Assembly: GCA_012295275.1 (NCBI GenBank)
Contig: CM022670.1
Coordinates: 11,904,001 to 11,968,000 of the forward strand
Direction of reading: 5' to 3'
Length of the DNA: 64,000 nt
From: Chrysomallon squamiferum
Lineage: Eukaryota > Animalia > Mollusca
Part shown: in pieces, positions 1 to 22,912 of the stretch
Numbering within the stretch: the stretch's first letter is position 1
How the letters are laid out: each line of letters begins with the position of its first letter
Notes under the pieces: generated by a model
Seen by the model: the letters and a program-made list of their open reading frames with translations, nothing else
Database searches by the model: none
Told to the model about the DNA's origin: nothing
Position numbers and translations under genes: made by a program

Positions 1-194
1 AAAAAGAAATAATCGTTGATCCAGCATTCCTCCACGACTACAAATAAATAAATAAAAGATAATAATATTAAAAAAAAAAAAACAAAAATAAATAGAAATA
101 TAAACAACATACACATAAGTGATACTAATTAAAAAAGGATTAAATATTTAGTATAACTGCCATCAAAAACAGCAAGAATAACAACAAAATCTTA

Positions 195-290
195 GTAGTA
201 ATAGTAGTGGTAGAAGTAGTACTTGTAGTAATAGTAGTGGTAGAAGTAGTACTTGTAGTAATAGTAGTGGCAATAGTAGACGTAGTAGTA
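195..290. repeat. 30-bp tandem repeat (gtagtaatagtagtggtagaagtagtactt, ~2.5 copies) built on GTA triplets
   Basis: Unit is visibly repeated at 195-224 and 225-254, with a degenerate third copy. Confidence 0.8.
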
Positions 291-446
291 AAAAGAAATA
301 AGAAGAAAATATATGTTCTCATTCACACCTTAATAATATTCAGGTGTTGTTATTGTTATCATTAGGAAAAGAAAGAATAATAAAGAACTAAAAAAACAAT
401 ATAAAAACTGTGGCACGTGTTTTTAATTTCACAGAAAATTAACAAT

Positions 447-627
447 CACTGGCGTAGCGTGGGCGTCGTCACGTGGGGGGGAGGTTGCCCTTGGCGCAGA
501 ATTCTTAGGTTCACTGCTGGATTATTGGAAGGAGCTCGGGGAAGACTAATTTCCATGGGTTAAGTGGGGGGGGGGCGAAATACATTTGCCCTTGCCCCGG
601 GGTGCTGACAACCAACGATACGCCTCT
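447..627. mobile_element. Degenerate GC-rich MITE-like non-autonomous DNA element
   Basis: GC-rich island in AT-rich DNA. The left end cactggcgtagcgtgg and the right end ccaacgatacgcctct form imperfect inverted termini of the CAGTGGCGTAGC...GCTACGCCACTG type. No clear target-site duplication. Confidence 0.5.
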
Positions 628-1295
628 TATCAGTTTTTCTTTTTCTTCTTCATAATGCCTTTTTAACAAAGAAACCAGTGAAACAATTATGCAAGGTAAT
701 CAGTACACGGTTTTAGTTTTCTCCAAGAAGGAGAAATTAGGAAACAAAATACACTAATCACCTGCGCACCAGTGACGCTGTTTTGTGTGCAGTTTATTTT
801 TAGATGAGTCAGCAGTTCATACAATACAGCAGGCTTCAAAACCGTAATGGATATGAGGTAATTTTTATATAAAAAAAAAATTCTTCTGTTATTGCTATTC
901 CTTCTGTGCTTCTGTTCTGCTGGTGATAATGGAAGTCGTAGCAATTATTGTCGTATTGTATTAATAATTGTAGTAATAGTAGTAGTAATGGCGGTGGTGG
1001 TGGTAGACACAGGAAAAGCACCAACAGCGGTGGCAGTGGTCTTTTGAACGAGCAATTAGACCATTGAATAACGAGTGAAATCCGCAAGTGAGCAAAACCA
1101 CTGAATTACCTTTTTCTACACAATTCAGGTTTTCATCTCTGCGATGAACATAGGTCAGAACGGGAAATTGCTCATTAGGTCATCGAATGGAACCTTATCA
1201 CCTGAAACCGTCGGGAACAAACGTTGCTATGGTCACGCTAGGTCCGGCCACGAAAGCCTGAATCTCGGTCGTGTTTTGTTAACAGGCGTGGGACG

Positions 1296-1326
<31 letters not shown>

Positions 1327-1901
1327 CGTTATTTAACTTCGTTACATTCCGGGCCCGTGTAGTTCAGTCGTACGTGCTTGGCGTTCTCAACGTAATTTGA
1401 ACAAACACGTGTAAGCAAGAAAATCCACATTTACACGCAGAGACACGGGTCTGTGGGTAGAGGTGTGCGAGGTAACTGGAGAATGCATCGTGACGATGTA
1501 TAACGTTCAACATTAATTCCTTTAATACGATCTTTGTGAAAACACAGATGTATATATAAACTACAAGTTAATATTTTCTTATATATATTTTTTTTCTTCT
1601 CCTCCTCATTCTGATTCTTCTTCTTTTTCTTCTTCTTCTTCTCTCTCTCTCTGCTTATTTTCATTTATAGAAACTGTTCAGAATCTCTGCTTTATTTAGT
1701 CTCTGGGGCTAATCAAACAGTACGAATGTACAAACATGATGTCACACCTGTTTATGAAATGTGGACGGCACCTGCAAGATACCGCGAGTAGAGAGTACTG
1801 TTTGTTTTATTCCCTACACAATAAAAAGTAAAGTATTTTTCACATGCTGTGCGCCCGTTTGTGTGTGTGTGTTTTTTTTGACTTGTGTGAGATAAAAAGA
1901 G

Positions 1902-2047
<146 letters not shown>

Positions 2048-2660
2048 AGAGAACATATTAATTACAGAGAGAGAGCATTTCTCCAAACATGTTTATAGTT
2101 AAAATTTTTAGAGGTTTATTGCTAAAAATAAAAAAGAAAAAATGGTTTTATAACAGAAAATCTCTATAAATTTCTCCTTATTTCTGGAAGGTCTTAAAAC
2201 GGTTTTCAGACATCACCAACGATTCTCTCTCTCTCTCTCTCTTTGGTCTCCTCTCTCTCTCTCTATAATATCTATCTCTGTCTCTGATATTCAACTCCCC
2301 AGGTACAACAAACTTAATTCCAACAAGCTACATCTCTAATTCACCACAGCTAACAAACCGGAAATAAGTTATCGTTTATTGTTATCGTCTTCTCTCGTCG
2401 CCAGGTGGCGGGTGCAGTTGAGGGCGCTCTTGGAACATTCTAAATCACAAGCACGTGAGACATTCATACTTACCTGATTGATTCAAGATTTTTTTTGTTT
2501 GTTTTTCTTCTTTGTAATCCGTCTGAAGAAACCTGAGTGTTTTTTGTCTGTGATAAAATCACATCAGTCTTGTCATGTATCACTATTGTATTACAGTGGT
2601 GACTTTTTACAAATGTCAGAGACGACAAACTTTTAATCGTAGTTGTGCTAACTATTAGAC

Positions 2661-2736
<76 letters not shown>

Positions 2737-2922
2737 CTCTCTGTCTTCCGCCTGTCTGTAAGCACTACATCCTTGAATACGTTTCATGTAAAAATCTTAA
2801 TTGAAATTCGCATATAAATATAACAATACATTGCTTTGGTACAGAGTATGTATGATTTTTGTTCCTTTTGAAATCGCGTGTGAATGTGTCTGTGTATGTG
2901 TGTGTGTCACAGACAGACAGAC

Positions 2923-3008
<86 letters not shown>

Positions 3009-3649
3009 CAGACAGAGGGAGAGGGAGACCACACAGAGACTACCCTCATTAAAAAGAAAAAGAAAAGATAGCTAATACAACAACAAATAAAACAACAGTA
3101 AATGTGATACTTGGTGACAAGGTGTGTTTAAACAAGTAACGCTGGTTTCTCTTTAAACTATTGTTATCTGCGATGACAAAGAAAAGGTTAACTGGGCGAT
3201 ACAAACAGGAAACGACATCCAGATATGAACAATATCTCATGTATCGAACGACGTCACATTTTCACATTTTATTTCCCAGCGAGGCTCTGGCAGACAATGT
3301 ACGTATACAACAGACACAACTACAAAGAACCGTAGACCCAGAACACGTGAATATTTTCTCATGTTGTCAAGACTCTGTGAAAATGTCTGTTGAGAAACTC
3401 CCTTATCTTATTACAGTGACATTATTAAATTTACTTCACAATTTTTTTTTCATATTTTTGCGTTGAATATCAGCAATGGAGATAATATTATACAACTTCC
3501 TCCAGAAAGGAAACCAAATAGCTACTCTAAGACATATCAGTCTTTGGGCTATGGTTGAAACTAACTAATCAAAAGAGACCTGAACTGATGGTACATCACA
3601 TTATAAATAAGGCCATAACTCCAGGAACTGAGCTGCATCATTTTCTTTT

Positions 3650-3747
<98 letters not shown>

Positions 3748-3760
3748 ATGTGCTGATGAG

Positions 3761-3796
<36 letters not shown>

Positions 3797-4183
3797 ATTA
3801 AAAAAAATAAAAACAAATAGTTATACGGTATGAAATTACTGGCCCTCATTATACATTTAAAAATTAATTAACCATTTAGCGAACGTGGTAGTAAAACCAG
3901 GCAGTTGTAAATCAACATAACGTACAGAAAGTTTGATTTACTTGTTCTCTGTCATTCAGTATCAGTTTGTTACTGGTTTTGTTATGAGAAGTGGTTTGAC
4001 CTTTTTAACTTGTTCTGTTTAGTACAGAGATACGTTTTCAATACACATGCTTCAGAATTTATCTTTTGTAAACGTATTGGCTCCGACGAACTCTTTGAGA
4101 CAATTTATCAGAATATCCTTCTTTTTCTTTCTTTTTTTTGTTTTTTTGTTTTTTATTAAGATTGTCTTTCTTTTTAATTACAG

Positions 4184-13318
<9,135 letters not shown>

Positions 13319-14000
13319 TTAATTATAGGGCCTAAAATATTAAATTTTAAAATATTTTTTTTTTTTTGTATGAATTAAATTCTTTGTCACACATTTTTAA
13401 GGAGAGCTGTTGTTCTCGTGGCACTGTGCTCGCCTGAAATTAGCAAAATGAGATTTAAGTAAATAAAAAATTTTTTTTTTTTTTTTTTTTTTTTAATAAA
13501 AATTCATCTACCCAAACAAAAATATATCATCTTTAAAAAATATGCTTGATATTTTGAAATACTTATGTTACTCTGGCATTATTTACGTAATTATATCTAG
13601 GTTTTAATAAATATGTATTATGTAATAATAGTTATAAATGTATATTGTGATAATGGCTGTTTTATTGTATCTGTGAATACCATTTGATATTACATAGCTG
13701 ATCAAAGAATTTTTTTTTTTTTTTTTGTTTATTATTCATTTTTCATAGCACATCTCTAATTTATAATTCCCGCCATTTCTTAATAATATTATTTTTATAT
13801 TTTTTATAAAAAATCCTGTAAAGTCTGAGCTATAGGGGAAAGGGGGTGGAACTCCATTAAAAACCTTAAATAAAAAAATAACGTTGAATATTAATGGAAC
13901 TCTGATCCACTAAAGATCATCTACAACTTTTCTTCTCCTTTTAATTTTATTTAATTTAATTTAATTTAATTTATTTTATTTTATTTTAATTTATTTTATT

Positions 14001-14031
<31 letters not shown>

Positions 14032-15057
14032 TATTTTTTATTTTATTTTTTTTTTTTTATTTTTTTTTAATAATTAAATTAATTAATTTATTTTTTTATT
14101 TATTTAGATATTGGTTTGGGTTTTTTTTTCTTTTAAATATCTGTTTATTGATCCGCTGCTGGAATATTTTATAGTTTATAATTTCTATATTTTATTTAGA
14201 CTGTGGTTTTGTCATAAAATAATAATAATACTAAAGTTTCATCGTATGAAACAGTCCTTATTAACAATTTTATTTTTTTTAAAAACACCTTTTTAAAGCT
14301 ATTTTATTCACGTTGTATAATATCAGAATACTTGATTATACGAGAGCGTATTATGACACCTAAATATATTATATAATTTACCGATATACGAATTATACGT
14401 AATATATACGGTAATATATTAAGACATGCAGATAAGATATATTTTATAACACCTTAAATGTTATAGCAATATAGCAATATACTCATAAATAGGTAATACA
14501 ACAATTAGATATCAGATTATAGATTAAATTATTATGAATAATATATATAATATCTATATATATATATACAAGTATATATTAAAACATTTAAATTTTTATT
14601 ATGTACATTTTACTACTATTATTATTATTATTTTATTAGTAGTAAACGACTATATATTTTAAAATAAACATGTGTTCTAAAAATACTATGAACTGGTTTG
14701 AAATACTCCTCTGTTTTTCTGATTTCGTTATTAGTAAGAAACACTTGCGTGAAACTGTCAATTTTGTTTTCAGCTTTTTTACACTCCTGTGTCTGTAAGG
14801 GTTGTATTAAACATTACATGTGTTTTTCTTAATGTTTTAATTAAACACGTCATTTCTGTAGAATCCTTTCTTCTTTTTATCTTTTAAAATTAATTAATTA
14901 ATAAGTTGAAAACACGATAATCATAATCAAAACAACAGCATAGTCTATAAATATTTTATTTCACTGATTTTGTCTTTCATCTTGTACATTAAAATCAGAT
15001 TATATTGTTACCAATATTTCAACACAATACCACCAATATTCATCACCACGAGAAACT

Positions 15058-15115
15058 TAAATATTCATTAGCATGGAAACATAAATATTCATTAGCATGG
15101 AAACATAAATATTCA
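15058..15115. repeat. 24-bp tandem duplication (aaatattcattagcatggaaacat x2 plus a partial copy) just 3' of the minus-strand gene
   Basis: Direct reading. Confidence 0.8.
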
Positions 15116-15237
15116 TCATTATTAATACATATTGTTAATACAAACATTTTAAAGAAATATGAAAATAAAAATCAGTAATGACTTTTCTAAACATAAATTC
15201 TATTGGTTCTAACGAGCGTTTTTTCTGTTCATGGTTA

Positions 15238-15592
15238 TTAATTGTCCACTCTGATTGGATACATTTTTCTCATCATTGACATGTTGGGCGGGTCTACTGT
15301 CGTTAAGACGAGAAATGCAAATCCCTCCTTCAGATCGTCCGAGAACATGTAGTCTTTATATTCGTCTCCGTCACCGTCTTTTACCAGAGACATGTATCTG
15401 TAATGATAATGATAATGATAATAGTAATAAAGATAATATAACAACAACAACAACAACAACAATAATAATAATAATAATAACAAAAGCTTTAACGACTGAG
15501 ATTATAATAATAACAGTAATCATGATGGTGACAATAATGTCGATGATAACCACCATCAGCATCAGCATCACCTCAACAACAGCAGTAGTGGT

Positions 15593-15630
<38 letters not shown>

Positions 15631-16687
15631 CTTCAGCAATTCAAAAATAATAATACCAGCTCTAGTAACAGTTGTAATAACTGTAGTAACAGTAATAGTA
15701 ATAGCGGCAATAATAATAATAACACAAGAAGTGCTGGTAATCATAGAACTACTATTAGTGGTAGTAATATTAAAATTAGTTGTAGTAATAACAGAAATAG
15801 TAATAGTAGCAGTAGTAATAGTACCAACAGCAACAGCAGTTCTAGCAGTGTTAAAGTAGTAATAGGTCGATACACCGATGTTTCTCCGTATTTCCAAATA
15901 AAAAGACAAACAAACATAAGACCGAATAACAGTCAGTCGGACAGACACGTGACTTATTAACATTTTTTACTTACGCTTCATTCTCCATAATACTTCTATT
16001 CAGCACTTTTTCTGCCAGGCCTTTCTCCATTTCTTCAAGACTTTTGGTCATGATTTCAAACCCGTCAAAATCGGCCATATCGACAACGAGTATTTTGCCG
16101 TACCTAAATATAACCAGAAAATATCTGTAATCTGTAACACAGCGAAACGTCTACAGGCAAACCAACATATTTAGTGCCGTATACATTAATCTTAGAATTA
16201 CAGTTGATAAAAATATTTTTAAAATTTATAGCGGCGCTCCTAGTTTTCAGTGCCGTTGGCATTTTCCTGATTTAAATGCATACCAGAATAATCATTTAGA
16301 TAAAAAAAAAAAAAAATTAAATTAAAATAATAAAAAAATAATATATATATATATTTGTGCTTCAGTACGGGTTTGCTAAGTATAAGTTATGTATCCCATC
16401 CCGAAGCGGTCTGCTTATATCAAAGATCGGCAAAGTGGGACTAACTAAGGGGATGATAAACGTCCAGGAGTCAAAAGAGAATCAGTAAACATCAGGGTCG
16501 ATTATGTTAGTGATTGCAGCGGAATAAGAAACTTGTGATTAATAAAGAATTACCTTTCTTTTCATTTTTAGTTTTTTCTTTTTTTTTATCTTTCCTTCTT
16601 TTTCTTGCTTTTTATTTTCTTTTCTCTTTTTATTTTTTTATCTTATTTTAAATTATCAAAATTCATCTATCTATAAACAGATAATAT

Positions 16688-16718
<31 letters not shown>

Positions 16719-18306
16719 TATATTTATTTATTTATTATACCTGTTTGGGGGCCGATGAGGGAACTGGTCGATGGTGCTGAACGTTTGCCGACCCCTGTTT
16801 TAAATCGACGTGGCTAATTTCATCTGCTTTATTACACTAAATGAATTAAGAGCTTTAAGATAACCAGTTTGGAGCTCAAATTAAAAAAAAATTGCTAATT
16901 GCGTATTATTAATTACTAACCTTATAGCTCCTATTAATGCTTTGCGTAAAGTTTCAGGCTCCATGTCTTTCTGCGACATCGCTTGCATGTAGTTAGAGTT
17001 CGTGTAGCGTAGAAACGTGGCCGCGTTTTCAGTTTTGTCGATCACAAGTGGCCATCTGAAGGTGAAAATACGTGTTAAATAAAATAATGTATAATTCTGT
17101 TCAAATGTTTATGTGACTATACTTAGGTACGAATAATACGTATGTCATAAACACTCACAAACACGCACGTACATATATATATATAAATATATGTGTATGT
17201 ACATATATATATATATACACACACACACATACACGTATATATACATTCATACAGAATTACATTCAAACTAGCATTCGTATATATTAGATACATATTTATA
17301 TTTAAAAATATTTGTTCATATATATGTGTGTGCGTGTGTGTCTATATAAAAATATACACACACACACGCATATATGTAAAATATATTTCCACATGTATAT
17401 ACATTCATACAGACTTATAAACATACGTACACATAGATACATATTTACATTAAAAAAATTATTTTTACGTGTGTATTTTTTTACACACACACACACACAC
17501 AAAATAACAAGGACAGACAGAGAGTCAGACTGATAATAAAAACATGTTTACAAACTCTATACATGTTTAATACAATATATTTTGTGTTACTTACTTCTTG
17601 GCTGCCTTCATTTTGCCATCGGGATCTTTAATGGCGGAAGCAAGTTGTTTGATTTTGATTTCTGTCACTTCTGGTTCTTTCTCAACTACTGCAGGTGCAG
17701 CGGCTCCTGCTGTTATAATGAATTAGATGATTAACATATATTATTTGTCTGTTTATTTAATTATTTATTTATTTATAATCAGTGTTGTGTTTGTGTATAT
17801 ATATATTTTTCGTTTTACTTCTTGATGCCTACGTATTGATATGTTCAGACATGACGAATATGGCTTAATTGTGGTAAAGTAATGACACAAAATTTTCTTT
17901 TTTGTCGTTTTTTAAATTTTATTTTCCCAATCTTATATCAATTCACATACTACAAAATTCTCTGCCGATTCTATATAATGTAATAAAGCGTTATATGTTT
18001 CATTTACAAATCTGCCGACTAACCTCCACTAAAAACAACAACAACAACAGGAGAAGGAAGAAAAAAGAAGTAGTAGAAGAAGAACATTATGATTATAATT
18101 ATAAACCCTGCTCTCAAGAGGAAAGGATACTCAACAATTCTTAATTATTATTATATTATAGCCTTTACTAGCTCTAAGACTGTAACTCGATTCTGAAGAA
18201 AATTGCCATGATTTGTAATGAATATTTAATATTTTATTACATTACGTAGAATGGCAAGTTCAATATTTGAGAATTTTGTAATATGTAAAGTATTATAAAA
18301 TTGTGA

Positions 18307-18352
<46 letters not shown>

Positions 18353-19024
18353 TAATTAATTAATTAATTAATCAATTAATCTGTCTTTTAAAATATTAAA
18401 CTAGGTAATAATCTCCCCTTGATTATTTATCGATGTCGCTATTAATATTATTATATTGCTGTTGCGGAAGCGAAATGCTACATTTAGAGTTCGTACATGC
18501 GCGGACATGTTTGTGTATTTCAATACGTGCACAAAGAGCGTGGACAAAGCTTACCAGTGTGACACGCTATGTTATAATACTTCACAACTGTTTCGTTTCG
18601 CCTTGACAGATTATACGACTGGCAAATTCGCAACGAACCAGTTAACAGATTAAATATAGACACGTTCCTTACGAAAAAACGCCTCAGACTGTTTTCGTGA
18701 GATGCCAAGTGGCTGAAGAAATTTAATTCAGACAAAGTAGTAAATACAGACGGACATCTGATTTATTTAAGGAAATACAGTCACAATAACAAAACTATTA
18801 CTAGTACTTCTACTACTACTACCACTACTACTACTACTAATAATAATAAGAATAAGAATAAATAATAATAATAAGAAGAAGAAATCAAAATTATATATAA
18901 TTATGTTACCGTCTGCTTTTGCTTTTGCTGCTGGAGTGGTGGTTTTGCCTTTCGCGGCTGGTTTCGCAGCAGCTTTGGCGGCTGGTTTCGCCGCGGCTTT
19001 GGCTACTGGTTTCTTCGGTGGCAT
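15238..19024 (-). CDS. 217-aa IQANK1-related protein: Pro/Ala/Lys-repeat N-terminus plus IQANK1 C-terminal (dynein AAA5-like) domain; no IQ or ankyrin repeats
   Basis: Phase-compatible GT-AG exons (minus): 19024-18910, 17709-17595, 17055-16921, 16103-15975, 15397-15238 = 654 nt. Protein: MPPKKPVAKAAAKPAAKAAAKPAAKGKTTTPAAKAKADAGAAAPAVVEKEPEVTEIKIKQLASAIKDPDGKMKAAKKWPLVIDKTENAATFLRYTNSNYMQAMSQKDMEPETLRKALIGAIRYGKILVVDM...YMSLVKDGDGDEY...FAFLVLTT...MYPIRVDN. The motifs WPLVID..AATFLRY, LxGAxRYGK and YxSLxxxxDGxEY match my recollection of the IQANK1 C-terminus. Confidence 0.85.
16421..16797. mobile_element. Possible degenerate hAT-type MITE remnant in an intron
   Basis: The right end gtttgccgacccctg is the reverse complement of the common CAGGGGTCGGCAAAC terminus. 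The candidate left end caaagatcggcaaag matches only weakly. Confidence 0.35.
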
Positions 19025-19481
19025 CGTGATTGACTGTGAATCGTTCGTTGAACTGAGGTGCACCACACACAGTGAATGGGGAAGATATACCTTTTGGTTC
19101 GCTTCAGTAACCGTAGTCCATAGTTACCTGTAACGACACTAGCTTAGAAATCGGGTTTGATTCTCTCTGATAACAAATGAATCACTAATTAGACAAATTT
19201 AAGGTCATTGTAGGAAAAATTAACGGCCGATTACCTTTTGTTTAATTATAATTCATAGTGAGGTACGTGCTTGTGCTTATATTATGTGTATGTATGTTTT
19301 TATGTATGTATGTATGTTTGTTTGTTTGTATGATTGTGTGTTGTTGTTGTGTGTGTCTGTCTGTGTGTGTAAGCTCACGTATATATATGTTGTGTGTATG
19401 GCGTGCATAATGTTTTTTTCTTTTGTGGTAATACATTTATATACACTAAATGTTTACGTTCTTCCACGTATTATATACACG

Positions 19482-19551
<70 letters not shown>

Positions 19552-21325
19552 TTAAATAATTAATTTTTAATGTATATATTTTTGTGTTCATAGAAACAGA
19601 TTTAAAAAAAAATTAAATTATTATTTAGAATGTTAGAATATTTTATATTTGTCTTATACATTTTTTTTCTTCCGGAAATGATTAATTATCTATTTTCTCA
19701 ATAGTTTTACTTGCCGTGAGATAAAAACATATATATCTGAAAATTGTTTTATCCGAAAACTGCAAGTCATAGGAACGTGAAATGTTGTAACAGGAAGAAG
19801 TATAAGTCTGACGTCACTATAATATTTATAGCTGATGACATAATACGCAATGTCTCTTTTCGTTCAAAAACAAACAAATAAACTATAACAAAAACAACAA
19901 TAACAACAATAACAATAAATAATAACAACAGCAACATAACAATAAAAATGATAATAAAAGAAAATAAATAAACTTTAAAAACATTATTTGTATTTTTCGT
20001 TTTACTTCTTCCGTTCATTCATTTGTATTAAAATATTTTTTTTTCAATAAAATCCAAATTTTTCATCTGCCACAAAGTTAAATATTTCGATGTGCTTTAT
20101 TAAATCTTGTTCTGCTTTACTGATAACGAATTGACACTAAATACCGTCATACCTGAATAGATTTTTATTAATGAACCTTCAGTACAGCAGACGAAACGGT
20201 CGTTTCTGAAAATCTTATCTTCTGTTCTTGTACTTTTATGGTTTGATCTTTCAGCGTTCTTGCCAAGCTTTTTTTGTTACAGAGTTGAATTATTTGTTTA
20301 AAAACTGTGTAAGACAGTACTGTGTCTCGCTGGGTCTAAATTCGACGTTGTTTCTAACAATATTCACCGTACAGGACGATCAACCTTTAAGGAATATTTT
20401 ACGCTTTACTCTTGAACTCAGTCTAGATATTTCATTTGTATGGAATGATTAATGTTTTTAGCTCTACAGCTTTAAAGTCCATATTATAGAAAACAAACCA
20501 TATCAAATTGTTAAAATACTTTTATTTTTTATTAGTTATCGAAAGGAGATGAATATTTCACAAAAAAATTTGACTAATTTTGAATGAAACGATATATTAT
20601 TCTTTCAATGGTAACCTTTGAAACGTTTGAATAATGTATTATATAAAATTTTCTTATTAATTTTTGTTTCCACATACACCACCGCCGTTGGAAGTAGTAT
20701 CTTGTTTGAGACAATGTGCTCGCCTATCACTTAATATTCTATTTTTAAAAGCTCTTACGTTAAAAAAAGAGCAGTAAGCATAAACAGTAATTAAAAACAG
20801 ACTTGATGTTAGGAAATTCACTAAATGTAATTGTTTTAGCTCTAGCGTTGTTATTAAGCGTTTCGGGTCATTGGCAGAAAAACAACCCCAAAAACTACTA
20901 ATAAAACAATAAATAAAAAGTTATGAATATAAATTTTAAAATAAATAAATGAATGTATTAAATATTTACTTCTACAGAGAAAAAATAAATCATAAACAAT
21001 ATATACAATTTATTTTTAGTTCTTCGTACGTACATATATATTTTTAGAAACATTTAGAACTGCTTGAATGGATCTGTATCTAACTATTCCTTTCAGTTTA
21101 TAATAATTATCTGCTTGGTACATTTTTTCTGCTGCTGTTGATTCTGACTCAGTTGGCTGTTTTTAGCTCACAGTTGTAACCAGGATGTCATGTGCGAACT
21201 TTTAAAAGAGAATTGGAGCGTTCATTTCTTTGTTAATAGCCTGTATACTGGTCAAACTTGTTTTACGCTATTACAGTTTGTAGCGATTTAAGAAAAAAAA
21301 ATATGAGCGCACTTGTTTTGCTTCA

Positions 21326-21360
<35 letters not shown>

Positions 21361-22114
21361 CGATAGAGTAAACGGACGGAGAAAGGAGGGAAGGAGATAG
21401 ATTAGAAACAGAGGGAAGGGAGAGATATTTACAATAGCTACATGTTATTGTTATTGTTATTATTAGTTTTGTTGTTGTTATTGTTTTCATAATAATGGAA
21501 TAACGTTACTTCTAAAATGCAAAAATGTATCACTATTTGAAATCCTTACGTCAACAATTATAATAATACATGCAGTAGCATAATAACATTAACAGTTTTG
21601 AAGAACAAACTATACTTTGTCAAATAACTATCTCTTAATATCACCGTAATAGTATACATAATTTGTATATGAATCCGTTAACAAATTTCGCGCAGTATAT
21701 TACGTCGTGTTTATATCATTTTAATTTTCACTTGGCTGTGACTATTAGTATTAACAAAAATACCGGTTGGAAATGTTTAACACGAGTCCTCAGCTTACAA
21801 AACCGCGGATCTGGTGTTTGCTGGAAGCTCGGATCACAGGAAAATAACTTTATATTATTTATTCGCTTCAGGACTTGATTACTGCGTATGATGTATACAG
21901 TTATGCTGATTATGTGTAAGGTACTGAGAGAAGGACAATAACGTGGTGAATTAATTTATTAGCAATTTGTGTTAACAATGCTGAAGAACAGTAATTATGA
22001 ATATCAGCATAAAGTGTTTTAAACAGGTTGACCTACATCGAGAGATGAGTGAAAACGAAGCGAGACAGGAATTAATTTGCTATATAATATAGGAACTGGT
22101 TAAAGTCCAACTTG

Positions 22115-22148
<34 letters not shown>

Positions 22149-22604
22149 GTATAATTGTTGTTAGAACCCAGTTTTATTCATCATGTATGTATATATGTAG
22201 TTATATAAGTATATACGTGTGTGTGTGGTTCTGTGTAAATATAATTTTGTATGTGCAAAATATATATGTGTGTGTATCTATTTATACAAATATGTTTGAA
22301 TTTATTTATGTGTGTATAAAATATATGTATGTGCATATGGATATTTACATGTATATGCACATAAGAAGAGCGACATAGAGAGAACGATATCTACATTAGT
22401 TGCTAGCGTAACAAACAGTTTTATTCAGTATTTAAAACTCATTGATTACTGCTTTTTATACTTAACCACACCCAGCTGCAGCCAACATTCCTGGTCTTAC
22501 ATAACGTAAAATTGTAGATCGTGTTTATAATCCAATGTCAGTCTCGTTTTTTTTTTTTACAATGAATAGGTACCTTTAACGTGCGCGCGTTCACTCACAC
22601 CCAC

Positions 22605-22647
<43 letters not shown>

Positions 22648-22912
22648 AACATACATTACACACAGCAAGTTTTATATATATATACACACACACACATACA
22701 TACACATATACATATGCACATACAAATAATGTTTAGATAATCAAATGGATGGAGATTAAATGGACTGAAGGACAGAAATAATTACTTCTTTTTATTTTGT
22801 GTTTGTTCAAATCAGGTTCAGGATTTAAAGGTAACACGTTTGACTTCAGCCAACACGTGATTCCTCTGTTTAGCTACATCAAATACACCGCCTATAATTT
22901 ATTTACCTTGGG

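Noticed and set aside
1100-1510. Possible upstream TINAGL exon (signal peptide or somatomedin-B)
   Set aside because: CpG-rich, but I found no Cys pattern (CYCD, DCCPD) or suitable splice sites; the 5' exons are probably outside the window.
18767-19066. Histone H1 or protamine-like single-exon gene
   Set aside because: No globular H1 domain; the PAAK segment ends at a GT donor (18909) and splices in phase to four further exons.
18903-19133. Plus-strand Ala/Phe-rich 76-aa ORF
   Set aside because: Antisense shadow of exon 1 of the minus-strand gene.
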